Below, one piece after another: positions 55,488 to 64,000 of a stretch of 64,000 nt of DNA (position 1 is the first letter of the stretch; each line of letters starts with the position of its first letter). The position numbers and the translations under genes are program-made. Under the pieces are notes generated by a model that worked only from the letters and a program-made list of their open reading frames with translations, did not search any database and was not told the origin of the DNA. The stretch comes from a virus (lineage: Duplodnaviria > Caudoviricetes), in IMG/VR virus record IMGVR_UViG_3300032240_001498, positions 128,001 through 192,000 of that record; one strand, 5' to 3'.

Positions 55488-55898
55488 TTACATAGGAATG
55501 TTAAAATTAACATTTGACCCTGCTCCAACTGGTGCTCTGCGATCAACGGAATCATCAGGCTTTTCATCAGCTGACATAATCATAGAATCTAGTTCAACCA
55601 TGCGAATCTCTGTAATATCGCCGTTGGCATCTTCGTAATGAACAGTACGTGTCCAGCGACTATGCTCGATAAGAATCCATTCGCCAACTTTAACATCTTT
55701 TTGTTCAGGACCGACTGCCCAAACACGACCCCAGCGGGGGCGAATACCTTCACTCTTACCATTATCGCTTTTTAAAACAATACCGCTTTTGGTAACTTCT
55801 TCACCAAATTCCATGTCAGTTACAAATACCTTGTCATGCAAGGGACGGAATGTTCCGCTTATCTTTGTAATGTGACCTGATCTATTAAACTCACTCAT
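55488..55898 (-). CDS. GroES-like co-chaperonin
   Basis: RPLHDKVFV...TKSGIVL...GRVWAVGP...VKVGEWIL. Confidence 0.8.
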   Translation of the reverse strand: MSEFNRSGHITKISGTFRPLHDKVFVTDMEFGEEVTKSGIVLKSDNGKSEGIRPRWGRVWAVGPEQKDVKVGEWILIEHSRWTRTVHYEDANGDITEIRMVELDSMIMSADEKPDDSVDRRAPVGAGSNVNFNIPM

Positions 55899-56088
55899 CT
55901 TGACCTTTCGTATCTTGATAATATTGTGAAACTATATCTTCACGTGTTTTTATTACTTTGCCGCCTGCGCCTAATTCATCGCCTCGTGCGTTCATACGTA
56001 CATTTCCTACAGCAGGCACAGTTTCGTTAACTTGGATTAGCTTGTCCATGTCTACTTCTTTACCTTGCATTGATCTATATTTTGGCAT
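55891..56088 (-). CDS. Hypothetical protein
   Basis: 65 aa, AGGAG SD. Confidence 0.7.
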   Translation of the reverse strand: MPKYRSMQGKEVDMDKLIQVNETVPAVGNVRMNARGDELGAGGKVIKTREDIVSQYYQDTKGQDE

Positions 56089-56097
56089 GAGATTCTC

Positions 56098-56619
56098 CTA
56101 TTTTAAAAATTCATGTATATCTAATTCGTATTTGATACTGTCTACTTTATGTACCCCTATGAGGTACAGACAATAGCTGGCTACTGAACTGCCACGTCCT
56201 ACGCCCCATACAATGTTGTGTGTACGCATAGTATCTACCAAGTATTTAAGATATTTTAGAACCATGATAAAATTATGTTGAGCAAATAATTTCAATTCTT
56301 CAGCTACTCGGTCCTTTTGCTCTATTGTACGGCATTCGCTATACAGCCAATCTACAATATCATATAGCCGATATTCTTCGGGCATAAACCATTGTTCTTG
56401 ATTTGCGGCATCAAACTCAGATTGAGTAGCATCGGTTTCTAAGAAAACCTTACAGACCTCTATAGGATCGTGATTTTTTCTTACACTTTCGTTGAATTTC
56501 TTACATTCATCCGGATTATCTAAGAAAATATCTCCAAGAGAAGTGATTTTACCAGAGTACATGCCGTTAAAGACATCCTCTGCGTTTAATATCACTTGAC
56601 CATGTTTAGAGAGTTTCAT
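56098..56619 (-). CDS. Stand-alone fragment of DNA polymerase III alpha (DnaE-like), ending before the catalytic aspartates
   Basis: RVAEEL...YL..L...IVWGVGRGSSVASYCLYLIGVHKVD...EFLK*. Confidence 0.8.
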   Translation of the reverse strand: MKLSKHGQVILNAEDVFNGMYSGKITSLGDIFLDNPDECKKFNESVRKNHDPIEVCKVFLETDATQSEFDAANQEQWFMPEEYRLYDIVDWLYSECRTIEQKDRVAEELKLFAQHNFIMVLKYLKYLVDTMRTHNIVWGVGRGSSVASYCLYLIGVHKVDSIKYELDIHEFLK

Positions 56620-56625
56620 ACTGAC

Positions 56626-56654
56626 AGTATAACACTTCTGTGTGTTAATGTCAA
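56626..56654 (-). promoter_or_regulatory. sigma70 promoter giving a leaderless DnaE-fragment mRNA
   Basis: TTGACA-N17-TATACT, then 6 nt, then ATG; no SD. Confidence 0.8.
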
Positions 56655-56890
56655 TCCACTTTGATAAGATCGTCTAGATCTTTGTTTGATTTTTCCATTA
56701 AGGATTTTTGGGAAGCAATTTGTCGTTGACGCAACTCGTATTTGTATGCTTCTAGGCTTACTAACACTTGTTCTGCTAGGTATCCGTTGGTGCGCAATGC
56801 TATGAAATATTTTCTAGTTAATTCGGATATTTTATTTTCCAAATCGTTTTCTTTAATCTCACCGAGGTTAGGCAACAACGGATTAAACAT
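56651..56890 (-). CDS. Hypothetical helical protein
   Basis: 79 aa, TAATG coupling to the upstream gene. Confidence 0.65.
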   Translation of the reverse strand: MFNPLLPNLGEIKENDLENKISELTRKYFIALRTNGYLAEQVLVSLEAYKYELRQRQIASQKSLMEKSNKDLDDLIKVD

Positions 56891-57468
56891 TAGTTATATC
56901 TACCTGTTAGTTTTGCCAACTGAGTCACACCACCGTCAGTGGAAGCAATGTCGTAAATGTATGTGGTAGTTGTATTCAATGTAGCAGGAAACGCTGTACT
57001 AGATTGTGCGTCCAGTAATAATGTATTTGTTCCTGTTAAAACACTTACAGTAATATTGGTAGCAGAAGTGTTATGTAATTCTAGTCGTACATTAGCATGA
57101 ATTTTGGAAGCTGGCCAGTTAATGACAGTAAAGTTAGTTGAAGAACTCAATGCCCATTTTTGGTAGTTGCCTTCTGTAAAATCTACAGTTTGTGAACCGC
57201 CTACTGGAACCAATGTTTTATCTTGTACTAATTGTCCATAAGATTGTAATGTGGCATTTTGTAAAATATTTCCGCCAAGATTATTTGTTTGATCAATAAA
57301 AATAGCATTATTGTTAATATCGGTAAATTGCTTTGATGCATTGGTAAATGCATTTTTAATATTGGTAAAATTGTCTCTAAATCCCTGCGTGTCGTTATCC
57401 TGACCTGCAACGGGATAAACAGTACTAATGCTGTTTGACCAATTGGTTACTGTATTCTGTCTTGACAT
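56890..57468 (-). CDS. Virion structural protein (tail/baseplate associated)
   Basis: YPVAGQDNDTQGFRDNF coiled segment + beta domain; GAGG SD; TATAAATA at 57490-57497. Confidence 0.6.
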   Translation of the reverse strand: MSRQNTVTNWSNSISTVYPVAGQDNDTQGFRDNFTNIKNAFTNASKQFTDINNNAIFIDQTNNLGGNILQNATLQSYGQLVQDKTLVPVGGSQTVDFTEGNYQKWALSSSTNFTVINWPASKIHANVRLELHNTSATNITVSVLTGTNTLLLDAQSSTAFPATLNTTTTYIYDIASTDGGVTQLAKLTGRYN

Positions 57469-57489
57469 GTTAATTCCTCTGTAGTTCTA

Positions 57490-57497
57490 TATTTATA
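57490..57497 (-). promoter_or_regulatory. T4-consensus late promoter TATAAATA
   Basis: Exact octamer overlapping the upstream stop, about 20 nt before ATG 57468. Confidence 0.6.
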
Positions 57498-60339
57498 ATG
57501 ACAGCGGATTGCCATCTTCAGTTTGAATATCTGTATCTGCAAATACAGCGTGTGTTATATCGGGGTCTGTAAACGCATTATAACTTTCTGTATCTAAGTA
57601 GAAAGATGTACTTACACCGCCACCCTGAGCCGCAGTTAATCCAAATACCAATTGTTTGACACCTAAATTAAAGTTTAGCACGGACCCAAACGGTATTCTA
57701 GATTCAACAGGGTTACTTATGGTAATTTGAGAGTTTGGAACATCTACATAGGTAATTACAGTACCTTGTTTTACTCCCCTAAATAAACATCTCATGCCCG
57801 GTAACAGTCCGCTAATCTCAGATAATGTTATTACATTACGAACATCGTCGGTAGGAGAGATTGTTACAGATGTAGTCCTTGAAGAAATAGCATCTTCAAC
57901 AGTGATACGATCAATATCAAAATCAATATTCTTAAAATCAAACCCTTTGTTTTTAATGTTGGTAATAATATCGCTTGATCTATTCGGGACAGTATAGCAT
58001 AAAATAAATGCTTTAATAAATCCCAACGGAGTACCAGTTGCTCGTTGCAGAGTCTGCATGAATTTTGGACGTAGTTGTCCATCTACACTAATCAATTGTC
58101 CTTGTGTGGGAGATATTGCCGCTAATGATCCTTGTTCATTGATAACGCTATCTGGGTAATAGGTTACAACAGAACCATTGACCACTTGAGTAAAACTAGG
58201 ACTAACGCTAATTTTGTTGCCGTCCATTTGATCATCGATGATATCTAAGTAGATCACATCATACAATACATTTCCGGCATCATCAACTGCTTGTGCAGTT
58301 TTTATATCTCCGAAGTAGTAACGCTTTCTCTGAAAATAATTTGTTAATGCAGGAGTGTATGCATCTATATCAATTTGTTCGACGCCATATTCAATGGTCA
58401 TCTTAACTTTACTTTGTACACCAAAATCAGGATCATCAGATTTATACAGTAAACTTCTGTCAAAGACAACAGAGTCACTGACCAACGACTTAACATACGA
58501 TCTTTGATCCGGAGTTAGTAACGGACTTACAAAAATGTTTGTGTAAGGAATAATTGAAGTTTCTTCAATTTCGATAGTAAAGTCTTTAGAAACAGCAGAT
58601 AACAAATAGCTGTCTCGAGCAGAGATATTGAAATGATATTGCTTATCAAATGTTGTGCGACCTAAGTCAAAGGTAGTTCTTCCAAATCCTAAAATTGTAG
58701 CATCAAAATTAGTCTGTATGTTGTACGGGACAGTTCCTGTAATGTTTCCTTGATTGGTTAGACTTAGCCCGGGAGGTAATGATCCTCCAGTAAGGTTATA
58801 CACAATGTCAAGACCAACAGTTTTGTGTTTGGCAACAACGCTTAGATCGCTAACATATCCAGGTCGGATATATCCCAAGTCCGTATCAGTGACCCATTCG
58901 ATCGGATTCTCAACATCGCCCTTGACTATTATGTTAAAGATTTGATTATCAGAAACGGTATCGGTAGTGTCGTAATCGCTCTTTGTAATTCTAACAGTAA
59001 ATCTATAGGTTTGACTATATGCAGGTTGATAAGGGATGCGACCGTATAACAGTCCAGTTTCTTTGTCTAACTCTAATCCTTCGGGATGAACACTGGCTGA
59101 GCCTATGTATAACGTAGTCTTATCTGGGATGTCATATTTTAAAGGTGTATCTATGGTCAGAATGTAACCATAGTCGCCAAATTTTTCAACCTTGGTTATG
59201 TTATAAACAAAGTTATTGGCTACTGCAACATACGGAGCCAGTTGAACTTGCATCCCACTTAACGGAACCCCAATTGATTTACTGATATAGATTTTATTCT
59301 GTACAGCCAAATTTACAGTTGGTAAGAATATTTCATTTATTCGGCTGTCAGTATAAACTCTAATCTCTGGATTGACTCGGATTAGGTCCCAATCAAAGGT
59401 CACCGGACCAACAAACGGATATGGATCAAACACTGTTAGATCTATACCATGATTATTATTTGCTCGGATAGTTCCTAGATTAGCAGGATCTGGCAACAGG
59501 CTCTTATCAGCCGCCACCCATACCGGTGTTTGAAGATAACCTATGTCTGCTAAAAAGTTTGTGGTGTCGGAATCAATTTGTGTCGTGTCTGCACGGAACG
59601 CATTTGGATCTTCAACTCGTATTTTAAATTTTTGTCTGGCGCTAGAAATACCATCTGTTACAGTAATATAAAACGGATAAATCTTACTAACTGATGTAGG
59701 AACGCCGTCTGGATTCTTGTTAAAAAATACCACGTGATCATAAGGATATGCATCATACGATTCTGCATCATACCCCCCAATTTTGCTGGCGTTAAAATCT
59801 AGTGTTAGATTATCGTTTACATATCCGCTGATTAATCCTGTCTTTCCGTTTAACCGTAAACCGGGCGGTAATGCACCATCACCGTCTGCAATATAGTATG
59901 TTAACTCTTTTCCTCTTGGAAGTTTATTTGTTTGGGCCTGTAATAAAATATCTACACGATTTTTATTAAGGCAATAAGGTTCTGCTTTTGGCCCAACTTC
60001 TAAATATCCTTCTGGAGTAATCCAGGTAGGAGCAACAGGTCCGGTGATGTTTAGAGTAAATGTACGATCTGCAACACCATAGATGTTTGATGCACGTAAT
60101 ACTATTGTTGATGACACATTTTCATTAACTGTATAAGGAGTACCTCGTATTTCCAACGAAGTAACTTCAGCCAATGATGTGCCTGTGTTAATATAGAAGT
60201 TGAAAAATCCTGGAGGGGTACCGGATATAAGATCAAAGTCACTTGCTCCTACAGCGGTAAGCACAAATGATGCTTCTTGTGCTTGTACATAGGTACCTAT
60301 ACTTCCGGCAGGGGTAATCCATTTTGGTGGAGATGACAT
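57493..60339 (-). CDS. Baseplate/tail protein with repeated putative Ig-like domains
   Basis: Repeated W.T..G.LG...Y....G.LPPGL.L...G.I.G motifs. Confidence 0.75.
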   Translation of the reverse strand: MSSPPKWITPAGSIGTYVQAQEASFVLTAVGASDFDLISGTPPGFFNFYINTGTSLAEVTSLEIRGTPYTVNENVSSTIVLRASNIYGVADRTFTLNITGPVAPTWITPEGYLEVGPKAEPYCLNKNRVDILLQAQTNKLPRGKELTYYIADGDGALPPGLRLNGKTGLISGYVNDNLTLDFNASKIGGYDAESYDAYPYDHVVFFNKNPDGVPTSVSKIYPFYITVTDGISSARQKFKIRVEDPNAFRADTTQIDSDTTNFLADIGYLQTPVWVAADKSLLPDPANLGTIRANNNHGIDLTVFDPYPFVGPVTFDWDLIRVNPEIRVYTDSRINEIFLPTVNLAVQNKIYISKSIGVPLSGMQVQLAPYVAVANNFVYNITKVEKFGDYGYILTIDTPLKYDIPDKTTLYIGSASVHPEGLELDKETGLLYGRIPYQPAYSQTYRFTVRITKSDYDTTDTVSDNQIFNIIVKGDVENPIEWVTDTDLGYIRPGYVSDLSVVAKHKTVGLDIVYNLTGGSLPPGLSLTNQGNITGTVPYNIQTNFDATILGFGRTTFDLGRTTFDKQYHFNISARDSYLLSAVSKDFTIEIEETSIIPYTNIFVSPLLTPDQRSYVKSLVSDSVVFDRSLLYKSDDPDFGVQSKVKMTIEYGVEQIDIDAYTPALTNYFQRKRYYFGDIKTAQAVDDAGNVLYDVIYLDIIDDQMDGNKISVSPSFTQVVNGSVVTYYPDSVINEQGSLAAISPTQGQLISVDGQLRPKFMQTLQRATGTPLGFIKAFILCYTVPNRSSDIITNIKNKGFDFKNIDFDIDRITVEDAISSRTTSVTISPTDDVRNVITLSEISGLLPGMRCLFRGVKQGTVITYVDVPNSQITISNPVESRIPFGSVLNFNLGVKQLVFGLTAAQGGGVSTSFYLDTESYNAFTDPDITHAVFADTDIQTEDGNPLSL

Positions 60340-60902
60340 TAAACTCTTCCTACAACAACCTCAATCATGCCAGGAAATTCACTGTCATAATTTTCAAGGG
60401 CTTTACCAATAACAGATCCGACTTTTGGATCATCGCTAGATGTAGCAACTCCTGGTATATTACTTGCAACCATTAGGTCTCCCTTTTTAATAGTTCCTAC
60501 CACACGACATGGAACTCTCCCTAGTAGTGCAACTTCTGGGCCATAGCAGTCTGTGTTCATTACGTATGCCGGATAACTTGAAATGATACCTGCGATATTT
60601 CTACATCCTGCATCTGTACTGATTGTGATTTCTTTTTTACCTCCAAATACTACAACGGTGCCTGGATCATAAAATTCGTCACTGGTATATTTTTCTGCCA
60701 AGTCAGCATACGTAGCTTGGAATGAAGAATTACTGCCTAATACGTATGTACCATTTACTGTGCAGGTTCCGCTGGCCGATAGTGATGTTAGCCCGGTAAT
60801 GGCCTGTAATCCAGTTATAGATCCTGGACTGCTCATTGAGATTGACACAACATCTAGTACTAGACTGCTATCTAACGTATCGCTTCTTACTTTTGTTACC
60901 AT
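60339..60902 (-). CDS. Short protein made mostly of a Peptidase_G2-like chaperone domain
   Basis: ~60-aa N-terminus then ATYADLAEKY...PGTVVVFGG...ALLGRVPCRV.G.IKKGD. Confidence 0.7.
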   Translation of the reverse strand: MVTKVRSDTLDSSLVLDVVSISMSSPGSITGLQAITGLTSLSASGTCTVNGTYVLGSNSSFQATYADLAEKYTSDEFYDPGTVVVFGGKKEITISTDAGCRNIAGIISSYPAYVMNTDCYGPEVALLGRVPCRVVGTIKKGDLMVASNIPGVATSSDDPKVGSVIGKALENYDSEFPGMIEVVVGRV

Positions 60903-60915
60903 GATATTTTCCTAA

Positions 60916-63900
60916 TTATTTGATAGCACACTCTACTAAGCCTGGCTCAGTGGTAGTTGTTAATGCAAAGCCAAATGGATGACGTCCATTACTTACATTT
61001 GTTGCGCCGCCGTCTACGTCTGGGTAAATTGGGTCACCTTTCTTAACTGCAACATTTAGTTTAACTGGTACACGACCTGTTAATGCTATTGGCTGACCGT
61101 TAGCACCTGCATTCATCAAGTGAGCAGGGTTAGTTGATATAACACCTAGTACCCAGCAATCAGGACCTGTTACCGCAGTAACTTCCTCATCACCACCGAC
61201 CATAACAACTGTACCTGGATCGTACTCAACATCTGTTGTGTATTTCTCTGCCAAGTCAGCGTAGTTTGCTGTTGTAGCATTACCGCTCAAATTACCGCTA
61301 AATGTTCCAGCAGTTACGTTACCGCTGGCATCACGTTGCATAATCGAGTATGCCGTGTTAGCAGAGTAAACTGCTGAACGTTGACTTCCGTCCTCGCCTA
61401 GTAACTTGTTAGCTTTAGCCGCTGTACCTGTTGTATCTTGGTTCCAGGTAGTTACAGTACCTGTTAGTTTACTGTAATTTAAACTGGTAATCCAAGCTGG
61501 GTCGGCATAGCTACCGTTGGTGTATACACCGTTAGTTACAGTTGCCGCATTACCATCAATGCTTGTGATACCAGTCAATGCAATCGCACCACTTCCCCTG
61601 TTAATGGCAATTTGGGTAGTACCAAGATAGAACTGTTGTCCCACTGGTGCCGCACCGATTGAGTTATAGGATATATTTCTTGCGGTACCGCCATTATATG
61701 TACTATCTGCTACTGCTCCTGTACCGTCGTTCTTGAATGTTAGCGCATTAGCAACGTTGGCCGCAGTACCATCAATACTGTTAATGCCAGTCAACGCCTG
61801 CGCCGCACTACTGCGATTATTTGTAATAGCTGTAGTACCAATATAGAATGTAGCACCTACTAGATCAAGCGTACCAGTTGCGCTTGGCATTGTGATAGTT
61901 GGACTACCAGTTGCTGAAGGTTGTAGTATAGTGTTACCACTTGTAGCACCTGGCATCGTAAGAGTATTAATACCCGCTAATGCCAATGTACCAGTTGCTC
62001 TATTATTAGCAACCTGTGTAGTACCGATATAGAATGTATCACCCAGGACTGCTAACGTTGCTGTCTTTGCCGGCAATGTTAGTGTGTTGGATCCAGCAAC
62101 TGCCGCAGGCGTTAGTGTAATACCACCACTTGAGCTTCCTGGCATTTGAAGGTTAGTAATACCTGCCAAGTCTAAGTTACCACTTGTTCTATTCAACGCA
62201 ACAGCAGTTGTACCAATGTACACGTTTGTACCACCTTGAACTGAACTTGGAATAGTACCAGTTAGTTTGCCTGCATCTAATGTGCCAATGAAAGAAGGAT
62301 TACTGTATATGACAGCAGATGAGACCCCATTGGTAACCTTGCTAACGTCGTAGCTAGGAATCCAACTTGGATTAGGATAACTTCCAGTAGTGTATACACC
62401 GTTAACCACATAAGTAGCAGTTGTTGAGAAATTAGACTGCTGTACATTACCTGATGCAGTTTGATAACCTTGCGCAACCACCCAGCTTTGGTAGGCCATT
62501 GTCTGACGAGTCGGACCTTGGCTGGTAATATAAAGATTGTTTCCATCCCATTCAACTGCTCCAACTACTGTATTCGTTAATGTTGAACCAACATTTAACT
62601 GAATTGCTGATTGTAGTGTGGTACCTGCCGCAACAGTTAAGTATGCCGCACCCAGTGCTCCACCAATACCTAAACGATTAACTTGATAATTATTTGCACT
62701 ATTAAGAGCATTAGCACTTGACGCAGTAACAGCATTGTCAATAGTACCTGACGATGTAAGGTATGCCGCACCGTTGGCAAATATTGTATTGCTTGGCGGT
62801 GTACCAGTTAAGCCGTTCCATGGCGCAATAGCCGCATAGGTTGATGTCTGTGCTATCTGAGCATATACAGCGTAGGTTGAATATGTTGATGTATTTGCAC
62901 TTGTGATATTATCTGCAAACTTCAAGAACCCTTGTGCATTTACATAGGTTTGACTTGCCACGGTCATTCGTGTTGTGCCTGCGGTCTGTGTATAATACAA
63001 ATATGTACCATCGAATTCAATAGCACCTACTTGAGGAGCAGATAATACTGTTCCCGCAATTAGTTTTAAGGTAGGTTTTGATGATGTACCTGCGGCAAGA
63101 TATAGACTCTTACCAGTATTGATAGTTACATCACCTGAAATTGTGCCACCTGATTTTTCATACTTGTTGGCATTTAATTGATCGACTGCATCCTGTAAGT
63201 TATTAGCAGTTAATGGAAAGCTGGCAGTATATGCAACTGAGTTGGCATTAACCTGGAAGAAATAATATCCATCAACTTCTGCTAATACATAATCGCCTGT
63301 CTTTAAGCCAGTACCTAATGTAAAGGTTGTGGTACTTGTTTCAGTGTAGTCAGCACCACCAGTTTTTGCCGCATCCACGCTCTGACGAACACCGTTAACA
63401 TAAACACGAAGTTGTCCTGATCCGACAGTATAAGTTGGAGCAGTGAACACCGTTTGTCCGTCTGATGCTACAGTAGTAGCCAACCTTTGAGTTAGAATCT
63501 TTGTACCTGTTTGTAGGCCACCACCTAGTTCTTGACCCCAGTAGTACTGTCCAGTACCGCTGGCTTTCAATACAAAACCAACTGACGGACTATTTGAAGC
63601 TCCGGCTAAAATATTAGTTAGAGCACCGCTGGCTGTACCTGCGGCTGTTCCGCCGTGTTCGATACCTAATGTACCGCCAATCTGTCCTGCATCAATGGCA
63701 CCAAATAATGTATTGGCATAGACATTGTTGTACTTGTTGCCAGTAGTGCCAAGATCATATGTACCATCCTGTGATGGAGACAACCCTTGAGTAGTTAGGT
63801 TACTGGTAAGATTGATACTAACCCAACCATTGCTTGCACTAAATTGTGTACTGTTGAATGTTGCAACACCTAATAGACTTTGATTAAAGGTTAACGGTGC

Positions 63901-63999
63901 AGTATTATATAATGCTTTTGCATCCTGTAATGCTAATTTACTTTGTTGGATAGCCGCCGCAGTATTAATATGATGGTCAGTAATTGGATTAGTTGATCC
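60916..63999 (-). CDS. Long tail fibre protein, 5' end beyond the window, with C-terminal Peptidase_G2-like domain
   Basis: Frame is open upstream of TTG 63783 to the window edge (GSTNPITDHH...); G/T/A/S-rich; ANYADLAEKY...ALTGRVPVK. Confidence 0.8.
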   Translation of the reverse strand, partial: GSTNPITDHHINTAAAIQQSKLALQDAKALYNTAPLTFNQSLLGVATFNSTQFSASNGWVSINLTSNLTTQGLSPSQDGTYDLGTTGNKYNNVYANTLFGAIDAGQIGGTLGIEHGGTAAGTASGALTNILAGASNSPSVGFVLKASGTGQYYWGQELGGGLQTGTKILTQRLATTVASDGQTVFTAPTYTVGSGQLRVYVNGVRQSVDAAKTGGADYTETSTTTFTLGTGLKTGDYVLAEVDGYYFFQVNANSVAYTASFPLTANNLQDAVDQLNANKYEKSGGTISGDVTINTGKSLYLAAGTSSKPTLKLIAGTVLSAPQVGAIEFDGTYLYYTQTAGTTRMTVASQTYVNAQGFLKFADNITSANTSTYSTYAVYAQIAQTSTYAAIAPWNGLTGTPPSNTIFANGAAYLTSSGTIDNAVTASSANALNSANNYQVNRLGIGGALGAAYLTVAAGTTLQSAIQLNVGSTLTNTVVGAVEWDGNNLYITSQGPTRQTMAYQSWVVAQGYQTASGNVQQSNFSTTATYVVNGVYTTGSYPNPSWIPSYDVSKVTNGVSSAVIYSNPSFIGTLDAGKLTGTIPSSVQGGTNVYIGTTAVALNRTSGNLDLAGITNLQMPGSSSGGITLTPAAVAGSNTLTLPAKTATLAVLGDTFYIGTTQVANNRATGTLALAGINTLTMPGATSGNTILQPSATGSPTITMPSATGTLDLVGATFYIGTTAITNNRSSAAQALTGINSIDGTAANVANALTFKNDGTGAVADSTYNGGTARNISYNSIGAAPVGQQFYLGTTQIAINRGSGAIALTGITSIDGNAATVTNGVYTNGSYADPAWITSLNYSKLTGTVTTWNQDTTGTAAKANKLLGEDGSQRSAVYSANTAYSIMQRDASGNVTAGTFSGNLSGNATTANYADLAEKYTTDVEYDPGTVVMVGGDEEVTAVTGPDCWVLGVISTNPAHLMNAGANGQPIALTGRVPVKLNVAVKKGDPIYPDVDGGATNVSNGRHPFGFALTTTTEPGLVECAIK
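61555..62230 (-). repeat. Four copies of a ~26-aa fibre repeat (F/V)Y(I/L)GTT....NR.......GI
   Basis: VYIGTTAVALNRTSG..., FYIGTTQVANNRATG..., FYIGTTAITNNRSSA..., FYLGTTQIAINRGSG...; coordinates approximate. Confidence 0.8.
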
Positions 64000-64000
64000 T

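Noticed and set aside
56098-56619. Split-intein DnaE as in cyanobacteria
   Set aside because: No intein N-terminal block follows the DnaE segment; the ORF ends at EFLK.
197-63000. Many short ORFs antisense or out of frame to long genes (e.g. 1729-2289, 7262-7588, 12972-13532, 14123-14464, 33894-34178, 45354-45701, 48006-48575)
   Set aside because: They lie fully within well-supported genes, lack SD or promoters, and have the composition of antisense shadows.
10967-63999. Diversity-generating retroelement suggested by three similar fibre C-termini
   Set aside because: Similarity is at protein level with synonymous divergence, not adenine-specific TR/VR mismatches; no reverse transcriptase in the window.
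1-64000. CRISPR array, tRNA or rRNA genes
   Set aside because: No spaced direct-repeat array and no cloverleaf seen; intergenic gaps are short and explained by promoters, terminators or small ORFs. tRNAscan-SE was not run.
1-64000. Stop-codon recoding (alternative genetic code)
   Set aside because: Conserved enzymes are full length in code 11; TAG ends genes just before the next start (10962) and TGA appears in ATGA overlaps.

Overview
This is a 64-kb fragment of a large, AT-rich, distantly T4-like (jumbo-type) tailed phage genome. The host is probably Gram-negative, given the spanin-like genes, GH19 endolysin and sigma70 promoters. Bases 1-12922 (+ strand) hold baseplate/tail-fibre genes, including four tandem paralogues. 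Almost everything from 12950 onward is on the - strand; phoH is the exception. That region carries, in order: a MoxR-type AAA+/vWA pair; an RNase H/FEN-like nuclease; a long nucleotide/sugar-modification region (queE, folE, QueD/DpdL-like, a TGT-fold DpdA, GT-B glycosyltransferase, UDP-sugar dehydrogenase, split RfaE/HldE, two 2OG-Fe(II) oxygenases, cupins, PRTase, HIT); the sliding clamp and family B DNA polymerase; a cluster of putative capsid-internal proteins with T4-like capsid-targeting N-termini; def-dnaJ-clpA; a lysis cassette; phoH; clamp loader; GroES; a truncated DnaE piece; and more tail genes running off the right end. Best candidates for undescribed biology: (1) a possible sugar-hypermodified 7-deazaguanine DNA pathway; (2) a probably virion-packaged 1036-aa polyprotein fusing three unrelated nucleotidyltransferase folds; (3) consensus promoters repeatedly embedded in hairpins that would silence read-through transcripts; (4) a tandem-hairpin operator before the DNA polymerase; (5) a family C polymerase cut just before its catalytic aspartates. 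No tRNA, rRNA, CRISPR array, integrase or transposase was recognised. All calls come from motif reading by eye, with no database searches.
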